Assembly (NCBI RefSeq): GCF_965208925.1
Contig: NZ_OZ242364.1
Span: 3,212,928-3,244,927, forward strand
Reading direction: 5' to 3'
Length of the DNA: 32,000 nt
Source: Candidatus Poriferisodalis sp.
GTDB lineage: Bacteria; Actinomycetota; Acidimicrobiia; Acidimicrobiales; Poriferisodalaceae
The notes under the pieces were generated by a model. The model searched no databases. It had not been told where the DNA came from and worked only from the letters and a program-made list of their open reading frames with translations. Positions 9,277 to 16,937 of the stretch are shown here, piece by piece. Each line of letters opens with the position of its first letter. The first letter of the stretch is position 1. A program made the position numbers and the translations under genes.

Positions 9277-10118
9277 CGATTCTCCCCAGTGGGGTCGAGC
9301 GCGTCTCTCAGGCCGTCGCCGAACATGTTGAAGCCGATGACCAAGGCAGCGACGACGACTGCCGGCCCGGCGAAGTTCCACCACGCAGTTGTGGCGAGCG
9401 CACGGGAGTCGGCAATCATCAACCCGAGCGAGGCCTGCGGCGGCTGGGCTCCCAGACCGAGGAAGCTGAGGCTCGACTCGGTCAGGATCGCCCATGACAA
9501 GGCGAGGCTGATTTGCACGATGATCGCGGCGGCCACGTTGGGGAGGATGTGGACGACGAGAATCCGGGCTGGATGGAATCCGAGCCCCTCAGCCGCTTCC
9601 ACATATTCCCGCGTGCGAAGTGACAGCACGGGGCCGCGAGCGACCCTGGCGAAGATCGGTGTGTACACGACCGCGATCGCTATCGCCGTGTTGCGCCAGC
9701 CGGGACCGAGCGCGGTCACGATTGCCAGCGCCAGCAGGATTGCCGGGAACGCGAAGAAGACATCCGCCACGCGCATGGTCACCGAGTCGAATCGGCGACC
9801 GAAGAAGCCCGCTGCGAGTCCGAAGGTGCTGCCGATCACAGCAGCGATCGCGACTGCGACGATCGAGACCTGCAGCGAGAGCCGAACGCCGTCGAGCACA
9901 CGTGACAGCACATCGCGTCCGAACTGGTCGGTTCCCAGAAGGAATGCGCCCGACGGGCCCTGCAGGCGGCTCTCGGGATGCTGCTCGGCCGGCGGGTAGG
10001 GAGTTATCTCGAAGAGGGCAACAAACATGGCGATGAGGTGCAGCGCCACGATGATCCCGCCGGCCATGGCGGATGGACTCGCCGCGAGACGTCGCATCAA
10101 CGACCGAGGCGCGCTCAC
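9273..10118 (-). CDS. ABC transporter permease (DppC/OppC-like)
   Basis: The hydrophobic multi-span sequence has the binding-protein-dependent transport (EAA-type) region ...YVEAAEGLGFHPARILVVHILPN... The 5' part of ORF 9273..10550 overlaps the upstream permease. The likely start is the GTG at 10118 (GTGA overlap) or the ATG at 10097. Confidence 0.85.
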   Translation of the reverse strand: MSAPRSLMRRLAASPSAMAGGIIVALHLIAMFVALFEITPYPPAEQHPESRLQGPSGAFLLGTDQFGRDVLSRVLDGVRLSLQVSIVAVAIAAVIGSTFGLAAGFFGRRFDSVTMRVADVFFAFPAILLALAIVTALGPGWRNTAIAIAVVYTPIFARVARGPVLSLRTREYVEAAEGLGFHPARILVVHILPNVAAAIIVQISLALSWAILTESSLSFLGLGAQPPQASLGLMIADSRALATTAWWNFAGPAVVVAALVIGFNMFGDGLRDALDPTGENR

Positions 10119-11077
10119 TTGTACCGGATCCTCGGGTCGAGGCGCGCATAGAGCAGGTCGACCAGCAGGTTGACCATCACGAAGAGTCCGGAGATCACCA
10201 GGATCGTGCTCTGCACGACGGCGTACTCCCGCTTGCCGATGCCGTCGAGGACGAGCCTGCCGAGGCCGGGCATCGCGAAGATCTGTTCGACGATGACCGT
10301 GCCGCCGAGGAGGTAGCCGAACTGGATGCCGGTGATGGTGGCAATCGGTATGGACGCGTTGCGCAGGATGTGGACATATCGCACCCGGCGCGCCGAGATT
10401 CCCTTGCCCCGGGCGGTGCGCACGAACGGCTGAGTGGAGGTCTCCAGGAATGCCGATCGGGTGGTGCGCATGATCGTTCCGCTCAGGGCGAGCCCGAGCG
10501 TGATGGCGGGGAACATCATCTGCTGGACATTGAGCCAGGGGTCTTCCCACGGGGCCGCGTACCCCCGAGCGTTCGGGAAGTAGTCGAACCAGGAAGCGAA
10601 CAGCGTGACTGCAAAGGTGCCGATCACGAAGTTCGGAATCCCTAGGCCCAAGAGCCCGAAGACTTGGATGCCGGCGTCGCTGCGGGTCCCGGCCCTGGCA
10701 CCCGACAGGACACCCAGCGGGACACCGATCACCAGGCCGACAAGGATCGAGGCAAGGGCGAGCTCCACCGTGACCGGCAGGGCGTCACGGATCTGTGAGG
10801 CCACGCTGGTGCCGGAGCGCACGGAGAAGCCGAGATTCCCGGTGACCACGCTGCCCAGCCAGGAAAAGAACTGCTGGTAGGCGGGCTGATCAACGCCGTA
10901 GTAGCTGCGCAGCGACTCGATCTGCCGGTCGGTGAGAACGCCCGTCTCCGTGCCGAACGTCGAGGTGATCTCGTCGCCTGGCAGCAGCCGCAGCACAACG
11001 AACACCAGCACTGCCACGCCCGCGAGGGTGAGCACAGAGGCAACGAGTCGCACGAGCGCGTATCGCCAAGGCATCAC
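10115..11077 (-). CDS. ABC transporter permease (DppB/OppB-like)
   Basis: 320 aa. The N-terminus MPWRYALVRLVASVLTLAGVAVLVFVVLRLLPGD is typical of the family, as is the EAA-type region FVRTARGKGISARRVRYVHILRNA. The start is the GTG at 11077 or the ATG at 11074. Confidence 0.85.
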   Translation of the reverse strand: MMPWRYALVRLVASVLTLAGVAVLVFVVLRLLPGDEITSTFGTETGVLTDRQIESLRSYYGVDQPAYQQFFSWLGSVVTGNLGFSVRSGTSVASQIRDALPVTVELALASILVGLVIGVPLGVLSGARAGTRSDAGIQVFGLLGLGIPNFVIGTFAVTLFASWFDYFPNARGYAAPWEDPWLNVQQMMFPAITLGLALSGTIMRTTRSAFLETSTQPFVRTARGKGISARRVRYVHILRNASIPIATITGIQFGYLLGGTVIVEQIFAMPGLGRLVLDGIGKREYAVVQSTILVISGLFVMVNLLVDLLYARLDPRIRYK

Positions 11078-11120
11078 GAGACCAGCCAGTCATCTAGTCG
11101 GCACTCTGGATAGCACCACG

Positions 11121-11154
11121 CCGGTCTGATCGCCCGGATAGGCGATCAGACCGG
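11121..11154 (-). promoter_or_regulatory. Perfect 14-bp stem / 6-nt loop hairpin in the gap between the SBP and permease genes
   Basis: CCGGTCTGATCGCC (11121-11134), cggata, GGCGATCAGACCGG (11141-11154). I checked that the arms are exact reverse complements. It lies 16 nt downstream of the SBP stop, and no U-tract follows it on the transcribed strand. Confidence 0.6.
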
Positions 11155-11169
11155 CGCTGGCCGGAGGTG

Positions 11170-12858
11170 TCATTCGACGAGCGACGCCTCTCGCAGGAAC
11201 TGGAGGGAGCCGGTGGGCATGGGCGTGAAGTTGTCCACGCCATTGAGCATCCGGTACTCGAAGCCGTTGTAGATCCAGATCCACGGCGACGCCTCCTGCA
11301 GCGCTGCGGAGAACTCTGCGTAGATGCGGACCCGGGCGGACTGGTCAGTCTCGACCCGTCCGGCAGCCATCAGCTCGTCGAGGATGTCCGAAGAGTAGGA
11401 GGCGATCGGGTTGAGGTTGCCGTCTGATGTCCAGTAGCGGACATACATCTGGTGCGGGTCGATCTTTCCGCTGTTGAGGGCGACCGCAGCGTCGAAGTCC
11501 GCTGCCAACCACCGTTCGACATAGACGTCGGTCTCGAGCACCTCGAGGTCCAGTGCGATGCCGACCTCGCCGAGCTGGGCCTGGACCACTTGAGCCTCAT
11601 CGACAGCCGAGGCGTAGAAGATCGGGACGATGACGTTGAGCTCGAATCCGGCGCCCTGTCCGGCTGCATCGAGCAGTCGTCGAGCCTCAGCGACGTCCTG
11701 CTGACCGCCGCATGGCAGCCCATCGGGCGGGGACTGGTACGCCGGGATGGTGATCGGACCCGTGACGGCACCCTCGCCGAGCGCCGCCGAGTCGATGACC
11801 TCTTGACGGTTGATCGCGCACGAAATGGCGTGCCGCACGGACTGATCGGCCAACGGCCCTCGGTTCGAGTTCATCATCAGGGCGTGGTACGCGAGTGCGG
11901 GGGTGCGAAGCACTTCCACGTCGCCTCCGGCCTGCACGGCCACGAGCGGATCGGTGATGACAGCGACGTTGACTTCGCCCACATCGACTGCCGCCAGGAG
12001 CGAGGCTTCATCGGGCAGCACTCGAATCTCGATTCCTCCGACTTGCGGCGCGCCTCGCCAATGGTCGAGGTTGGCCGTGAGCGTCAGGGATTCGCCCTGC
12101 TGCCATTCGCCCCAGACGAACGGCCCGGTGCCGTCGGGTGACGTGTCGACGGTGCCGGTCGCGATCGCGTCCGCCGACATCATCGCCGCGTTCAGATCAG
12201 CGAGCGACGCCAGGATCGGGGCATCGGCCTGCGACAGGTTCAGGACGACCGTTGACGCGTCGGGTGTGTCCACCGAAGCGATCGATGCGATGTTCGCCCG
12301 AGTGACCGCGCCCGTCTCCTCGTCGAGGATCCGGTTCAACGAGGCGGCAGCATCGCCGGAGTCGAACGAATCGCCGCCGTGGAACATCACGCCCTCGCGC
12401 AGATGCAGCGTGAGGGTGCGGCCGTCGGCGGAGAACTCCCAGCTCTCGGCGAGGCCGGGGCCGACCGCAAGGTCCGCGCCGAGGCTCAGCAGTGTGTCGT
12501 AGACGAGCTCGAGAGCTTGCACCGACTGGAACGCCGTCGCCCGATGCGGATCGAGAACATCTATGTCCGCAGCTCGGCCGACCACGATGGTTCCAGTCGG
12601 CGGGGCAGGGCTGTCATCGGTCTCGGCTTCGTCGCCGGCGTCACCGGCGTCGTCAGCGGCGGCGTCACTGTCCCCGGCGTCGGGGTCGTCTCCAGGGTCG
12701 TCGGCCGCGGCATCCGGCGAGTCATCGGCCTGTTCCGTCGGAGCAGCCGTGTCATCAGCGGCCTGTTCGTCTGCATCGTCGCCACATGCGGAGACGAACA
12801 ACGCGAGTGCCGCGAACAGGGCGACCATCCTCGTCAACCAACGTGCTTTTTCGCTCAT
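11170..12858 (-). CDS. ABC transporter substrate-binding lipoprotein, family 5 (DppA/OppA-like)
   Basis: 562 aa. A signal peptide with lipobox VSAC (Cys25) is followed by a ~60-aa Asp/Ala/Pro-rich linker and a family-5 SBP body (...IVVGRAADIDVLDPHRATAFQSVQALELVYDTLL...). A strong SD (GGAGGGAG) sits upstream of the ATG at 12858. Confidence 0.85.
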   Translation of the reverse strand: MSEKARWLTRMVALFAALALFVSACGDDADEQAADDTAAPTEQADDSPDAAADDPGDDPDAGDSDAAADDAGDAGDEAETDDSPAPPTGTIVVGRAADIDVLDPHRATAFQSVQALELVYDTLLSLGADLAVGPGLAESWEFSADGRTLTLHLREGVMFHGGDSFDSGDAAASLNRILDEETGAVTRANIASIASVDTPDASTVVLNLSQADAPILASLADLNAAMMSADAIATGTVDTSPDGTGPFVWGEWQQGESLTLTANLDHWRGAPQVGGIEIRVLPDEASLLAAVDVGEVNVAVITDPLVAVQAGGDVEVLRTPALAYHALMMNSNRGPLADQSVRHAISCAINRQEVIDSAALGEGAVTGPITIPAYQSPPDGLPCGGQQDVAEARRLLDAAGQGAGFELNVIVPIFYASAVDEAQVVQAQLGEVGIALDLEVLETDVYVERWLAADFDAAVALNSGKIDPHQMYVRYWTSDGNLNPIASYSSDILDELMAAGRVETDQSARVRIYAEFSAALQEASPWIWIYNGFEYRMLNGVDNFTPMPTGSLQFLREASLVE

Positions 12859-12877
12859 GTGGGACTCCCTCCAATAG

Positions 12878-12933
12878 TCTGGTCTGGACCTTTCAGCGGT
12901 GATCTAGACCATTGCATATTGGCATAGACCAAT
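12878..12933. promoter_or_regulatory. Three dre-like (DasR/NagR-type) operator sites spaced 20 bp apart in the divergent promoter region
   Basis: Compared with the published Streptomyces dre consensus A(G/C)TGGTCTAGACCA(G/C)T. Site 1, 12878-12893, TCTGGTCTGGACCTTT, matches 12/16. Site 2, 12898-12913, GGTGATCTAGACCATT, matches 13/16. Site 3, 12918-12933, ATTGGCATAGACCAAT, matches 12/16. The sites lie between the SBP operon and the GntR/HutC gene. Confidence 0.6.
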
Positions 12934-12970
12934 CTCAGTGTCAACATTGGGAGCGGAGGAACGCCTGCAC

Positions 12971-13684
12971 ATGACCGACACACAGCGACTGCCGAAGTAC
13001 TACCGGGTCAAAGAAGTGATCATGGCCGAGATCGACGGCCTCCAGCCCGGCGCGCCCCTGCCCGACGAACGGACGCTCGCCGCCTCATTCGAGACCTCCC
13101 GCACCACCATCCGACAAGCCCTCCAGGAACTTTCCCGGGAAGGGCGCATCATGCGACGTCAGGGCCACGGCACCTTTGTGGCGGAGCCAAAGCTCACACT
13201 GCCGCTGCGCCTGTCCTCCCATACCGAGGACATGCACGAGCTCGGCATGGAGCCGAGCTCACGGGTTCTCTCCGTGACCGACGAGTGCGCCGACGACACG
13301 ATCGGCGACGCGCTCGGCATTGATGTCGGCGACCCCATCACCGTCATCTCGCGCGTGCGCCTCGCCGACGGCGTTCCGCTGGCCCTCGAGATCAACCACC
13401 TCTCCCAGACTCGGTTCCCCGGTATCGCCCGGCTCATCAATGACCACGTCTCGCTCTACGAGATCCTCGTCGACGACTATTCCGTGACCCCCCACCACGC
13501 GCTCGAGACGATCGAGTCCGCGCCGGCCACTCCGGAGGAAGCCAAGCTGCTCGAGACCGAGATCGGCACGCCCATGATGCTGATGACCCGCCAGTCCTTC
13601 GAATCAGACGGCGATGCGTTCGAGTACGTCCGATCGGTGTACCGCGGCGACCGCTACCGCTTCGCCACTCAGCTCACCACCTGA
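12971..13684 (+). CDS. GntR-family transcriptional regulator, HutC/DasR/NagR subfamily (wHTH plus UTRA effector domain)
   Basis: ORF 12938..13684. The likely start is the ATG at 12971 (MTDTQRLPKYYRVKEVI...), with GGAGGA upstream. The HTH region is LPDERTLAASFETSRTTIRQALQELSREGRIMRRQGHGTFVA. The C-terminal half is UTRA-like. Confidence 0.85.
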   Translation: MTDTQRLPKYYRVKEVIMAEIDGLQPGAPLPDERTLAASFETSRTTIRQALQELSREGRIMRRQGHGTFVAEPKLTLPLRLSSHTEDMHELGMEPSSRVLSVTDECADDTIGDALGIDVGDPITVISRVRLADGVPLALEINHLSQTRFPGIARLINDHVSLYEILVDDYSVTPHHALETIESAPATPEEAKLLETEIGTPMMLMTRQSFESDGDAFEYVRSVYRGDRYRFATQLTT

Positions 13685-13700
13685 CTTCGGCGGCCGATCG

Positions 13701-14531
13701 ATGCCAGTCCGGGTGTTCTCGTCTCGTGATCGAGGCGAGGCGTACCGCGTCGGACGGTCCTTTCTGGAGGCAGACCCGCTGCGCAACTGCGTGGTGATGG
13801 AGATCCTCTGCCAGCCTCAGCCAAGCGGCGACGGCGGGCAGTTCTGGTGGGTCGACGACGGCACGCGAGTCTGCGGACTTGTCGCCCAGCACTCGCCTGA
13901 GTCGATGGCCCTTGTCTCGCCCATGGACAAGGAGGCTGTTGACGCCGCGGCGGCGGCCATCGCCGAGTCTGGCGTCGACCTGCCAGGAGTCAGCGCCGAC
14001 GCCGCCACGGCAGCGTTGTTCGCAGGCAAGTGGACCGAGCGCACCAATGGCGCCGCAGTCCCCTGCTTCGCCCAACGAATCTGCGCAGCAGAGGCGCTGC
14101 TGCCGCCCCAGCCGGCCGAAGGTCGGTTGCGGCGAGCCGTAGACACCGATGCCGACGAACTGATCGGCTGGCTTGATGAGTTCGGCGCGGAGACGGGCGA
14201 CCCGGTGCCCGACTCGGACTGGCTGATACGCCAGCGTCTGTCGGAGCATGAGCTCTGGATCTGGGACTGTGGCAGGAGCGTGAGCATGGCTGCACGTACG
14301 CCTGCCGTCGCCGGCATCAGCCGGGTGCAAGCCGTCTTCACCCCCCGCCAACACCGAGGTCAGCGATTCGCAGCCAACGTGGTTGCGGCCATCACCACCG
14401 CCATCCTGGATGACGGACTCCGCCCGATGCTCTACACAGACCTCGCGAACTCGACCTCCAACATGCTGTACCGGTCGTTGGGCTATCGCGCCGTCGAAGA
14501 AGTGACTCGATACCGATTCAGCCACCCGTAG
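13701..14531 (+). CDS. GNAT-family N-acetyltransferase
   Basis: The internal ATG at 13701 (MPVRVFSSRDRGEAYRV...) of ORF 13614..14531 is the likely start. The C-terminal acetyl-CoA-binding-type region QHRGQRFAANVVAAITTAILDDGLRPMLYTDLANSTSNMLYRSLGYRAV is typical of a GNAT subfamily common in actinobacteria. Confidence 0.7.
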   Translation: MPVRVFSSRDRGEAYRVGRSFLEADPLRNCVVMEILCQPQPSGDGGQFWWVDDGTRVCGLVAQHSPESMALVSPMDKEAVDAAAAAIAESGVDLPGVSADAATAALFAGKWTERTNGAAVPCFAQRICAAEALLPPQPAEGRLRRAVDTDADELIGWLDEFGAETGDPVPDSDWLIRQRLSEHELWIWDCGRSVSMAARTPAVAGISRVQAVFTPRQHRGQRFAANVVAAITTAILDDGLRPMLYTDLANSTSNMLYRSLGYRAVEEVTRYRFSHP

Positions 14532-14597
14532 CGCCGCACAATGGCGGCGGCGAGGGTGGAACAGTCGACAGCCGAACGATGTGGCGCCTGCCGCCCG

Positions 14598-15284
14598 CTA
14601 CTCGGCGACGCGGACGGTGAACTCGAGTCCTCCGGTGAACGGCAGGGTCATCGTGCGGAGCTTGTTGGCGGGGTCGTTGAGGAACTCGAAGTACGGCTGG
14701 TAGCCCTCGGCGGACGAGATGGTGTTGTCGGTGACGACGACCGCGCCGGGGCGCAGGGCGGGGGCGACCAGTTCGAGAGCGTCGAGAGCGACATGCCAGA
14801 TGTCGACGAGCAGGAAGTCGATCGGTCCCCCGCAGTCGACCAGCGTCTCGCGCAGATCGCCCTCCCGCAGCTCGATCCAGCTCGCCAGGCCTGCCTCTTC
14901 GAAGTTGGCCCGGGCGACGGCGGCCTTGTCCGGCTCGTACTCGGTAGCGATCACCACGCCGTCGTCATGACCGTTGTCCCGCACGGCGGCGGCCAGGTAC
15001 AGGGTGGACACCCCGTGGGACGTCCCGGCCTCGACCACACGCCGAGCGCCCAGAGCGCGGCAGACCTGATAGCAGAACATCGCCTTGTCGCGATCGAGCG
15101 CAACGAGCTTGTCGGCGAGGTACTGGCGCATGTCGTCGTCGAAGCCGCGCTGGGTCCGATCTCGGCCGCTCTCCCGCCGCGCCTCGGAGAAGAACGCCGA
15201 CGTCTCGGCGGCCTGCGCGTCGCTCTCGGCGTGCAGCCGATCGAGCAGTGCCTCGAGCGCAGGATCGTGCAGGGGCGATGTCAT
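14598..15284 (-). CDS. Class I SAM-dependent O-methyltransferase (family 3, caffeoyl-CoA OMT-like)
   Basis: 228 aa. The SAM-binding region is RRVVEAGTSHGVSTLYLAAA, followed by VIATEYEPDKAAVARANFEEAGLASWIELREGD and IDFLLVDIW, as in family-3 O-methyltransferases. Confidence 0.8.
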   Translation of the reverse strand: MTSPLHDPALEALLDRLHAESDAQAAETSAFFSEARRESGRDRTQRGFDDDMRQYLADKLVALDRDKAMFCYQVCRALGARRVVEAGTSHGVSTLYLAAAVRDNGHDDGVVIATEYEPDKAAVARANFEEAGLASWIELREGDLRETLVDCGGPIDFLLVDIWHVALDALELVAPALRPGAVVVTDNTISSAEGYQPYFEFLNDPANKLRTMTLPFTGGLEFTVRVAE

Positions 15285-15372
15285 ACATGTCCTCTCTTGA
15301 TTACCGAGTGTCGTCGTCCGAGTTCGGGGGCTTCAGGCCAACGGTCACAGACTCAGGACGGCTCGCAGTCCG

Positions 15373-15612
15373 TCATCGATGGCATCGACCAGTGCCCGAG
15401 GCCATCCGCCCTCCGATCGCCGCGGCGTCTTCGCGAGTCAGTCCGCCGGGCGCGGCCAATGCTGCATCGGCCACGAGCTGATCGGCGAATGACATGGTCG
15501 ACTGGACTGCATGGCGCCGGAGCTGCCCGGTGACCCACCTCGAGAACGGCACGTCCAGGCTGTCGATGATCGGCACCACGTCGTCCGGCACGCTGATGAT
15601 CCTGTTCGGCAC
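15373..15612 (-). CDS. Hypothetical small protein (possibly ribbon-helix-helix/antitoxin-like)
   Basis: 79 codons with a GTG start, 25 nt downstream of the PP2C stop, and high third-position GC. The N-terminus (M)PNRIISVPDDVVPIIDSLDVPFSRWVTGQLRRH loosely resembles CopG/RHH antitoxins. I saw no clear SD, so this call is weak. Confidence 0.3.
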   Translation of the reverse strand: MPNRIISVPDDVVPIIDSLDVPFSRWVTGQLRRHAVQSTMSFADQLVADAALAAPGGLTREDAAAIGGRMASGTGRCHR

Positions 15613-15637
15613 GTACGTTTTCTATCTGCGTACGATC

Positions 15638-16444
15638 TCAGCCCGGCGCGAGACGGGCGACCGCGATGGTGGTGTTGTCGATGAGGCCGGCGAAGCGGGC
15701 GGTGTCCATCAGCGTGTCGGCAACTGTGTCGGCCGATTCCCGCCGTTCGGGCGGCAGAGCGAAGCCGAGGCTCAGATCGTCTGGATCGTCGCCGAACCAG
15801 CCCCGATCATGCGTCATCAATACCGGGTCGAACAGCCCGTCGGTGGCCAGCACGACCAGCAGGCCCTGATCGCTGATCCAGCCTTGGACACGGGCTGCCG
15901 GCACGTCCTCGCTGAGGTTCTCGAGGTGGCCCGCCGGCAGCTCGTAGGTGCTGCCCGTGCTGGCCCGGAACATGCCGACGCCACGGCTGACGAATCCCAT
16001 CGGCCCGCCATGAGGCGTGCTGTGCCAACCCGGCCCGGCGGCGATCGGCACCAAGAATGCCATCGAGTCCCCTGCCCACGACACCAGCAGGCGGCCTTCG
16101 GGTGTCCACGCGGCAACCACCAGCGTCGTGAGCGCGATCACCGACGACACGCCCTCGTCGGCGCTGCGCATCTCGGGATGCAAGCCCCACGCGACCGCGT
16201 TCGCTGCGTCGAACGCTGCGGCCATATCTGCCTGGCTGGTAATGCGTTCGGGCAGCGCATCCACTGCGGCCTGGGCAGCCTCGTCCCCGAACGGATGACC
16301 GCCCAGCCCATCGGCCACCGCCATCACCCACGAGCCGTCAGCGTTGACGACCGTCCGGACGCGGTCCTCCTGCCGATCCCGCGGCCCAACCTCAGCCCGC
16401 GTCGTCAACTCTGCCGTGATGCTCACTGCAGAACTCTCGGACAT
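15638..16444 (-). CDS. PP2C-family Ser/Thr protein phosphatase
   Basis: ORF 15638..16684. The likely start is the ATG at 16444 (MSESSAVSITAELTTRAEVGPRDRQEDR...), preceded by GGGAG. PP2C motifs seen: RQEDR, MAVADGLGGH, VLATDGLFD and DNTTIAVARL. Confidence 0.8.
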   Translation of the reverse strand: MSESSAVSITAELTTRAEVGPRDRQEDRVRTVVNADGSWVMAVADGLGGHPFGDEAAQAAVDALPERITSQADMAAAFDAANAVAWGLHPEMRSADEGVSSVIALTTLVVAAWTPEGRLLVSWAGDSMAFLVPIAAGPGWHSTPHGGPMGFVSRGVGMFRASTGSTYELPAGHLENLSEDVPAARVQGWISDQGLLVVLATDGLFDPVLMTHDRGWFGDDPDDLSLGFALPPERRESADTVADTLMDTARFAGLIDNTTIAVARLAPG

Positions 16445-16541
16445 CCCACCACTCCCATCTGCATCCTCAATCCGACCGTACCGAACCAGCACAGCGTGGC
16501 CCGTGTCGTTTTCGCGGACGCGGCTGCAGGAAGACGCCACC

Positions 16542-16937
16542 ATGGAGCCAGCGTCGCCTTTGACGGCGAAGGACGTCTGGGGCTTGTCATCGGGCTTTCT
16601 CGTGCGGTTCTTAGACTTGAGTGCAGTGGCAACGACGCGCTTTTCCCGACCTGTCGAGATACCGGACGATCTCGCGGAGCACACGCTCGCGCCTGAACGC
16701 GGGCGTGTGAAGCTCCCGAGCCGCCTCGCATGGAGCGGTCAGGGCGAGTTCGATCTCGACGACCGTCGCGACCGCATGTACGTGTATCAATTGGTGATGA
16801 CCGAAGGCACGTGCGACGACGTACGCCGCTATATCGACCTCAAGCTGCTCGTGGAGATGTGGTCCGACATGTGGCTCTCACCGCACGTGCGACAACGCTG
16901 GGACGACTGGTTGCGCGACCGCGAGCTGATTGCCTAG
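16542..16937 (+). CDS. Small antitoxin-position protein upstream of the AbiEii-type toxin (no recognisable HTH)
   Basis: The ATG at 16542 has GGAAGA 10 nt upstream. The stop (TAG, 16935-16937) overlaps the TTG start of the toxin gene. The Trp-rich C-terminus is ...DRMYVYQLVMTEGTCDDVRRYIDLKLLVEMWSDMWLSPHVRQRWDDWL. I associate this only from memory with partners of DUF1814 toxins. The start is uncertain because the 5' part of ORF 16344..16937 overlaps the PP2C gene. Confidence 0.55.
   Translation: MEPASPLTAKDVWGLSSGFLVRFLDLSAVATTRFSRPVEIPDDLAEHTLAPERGRVKLPSRLAWSGQGEFDLDDRRDRMYVYQLVMTEGTCDDVRRYIDLKLLVEMWSDMWLSPHVRQRWDDWLRDRELIA

Noticed and set aside
14532-14549. A small hairpin, CGCCGC-acaatg-GCGGCG, right after the GNAT stop and between convergent genes.
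   Set aside because: A 6-bp GC stem is common by chance in this composition and there is no U-tract. It is a plausible terminator but not supportable.
15613-15637. A locally AT-richer spacer, GTACGTTTTCTATCTGCGTACGATC, with two CGTACG palindromes between the PP2C stop and the small ORF.
   Set aside because: It is short, has only 5-bp arms, and has no second copy elsewhere in the window that would suggest an att site or repeat element.
16445-16684. An extended N-terminus for the PP2C gene, with the ORF running back to 16684.
   Set aside because: The PP2C domain begins about 10 residues after the ATG at 16444, which has a GGGAG SD. The extension would overlap the divergent antitoxin-like ORF and adds a Lys/Arg-rich, motif-less tail. 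Both strands have high GC3 here, so this remains somewhat uncertain.
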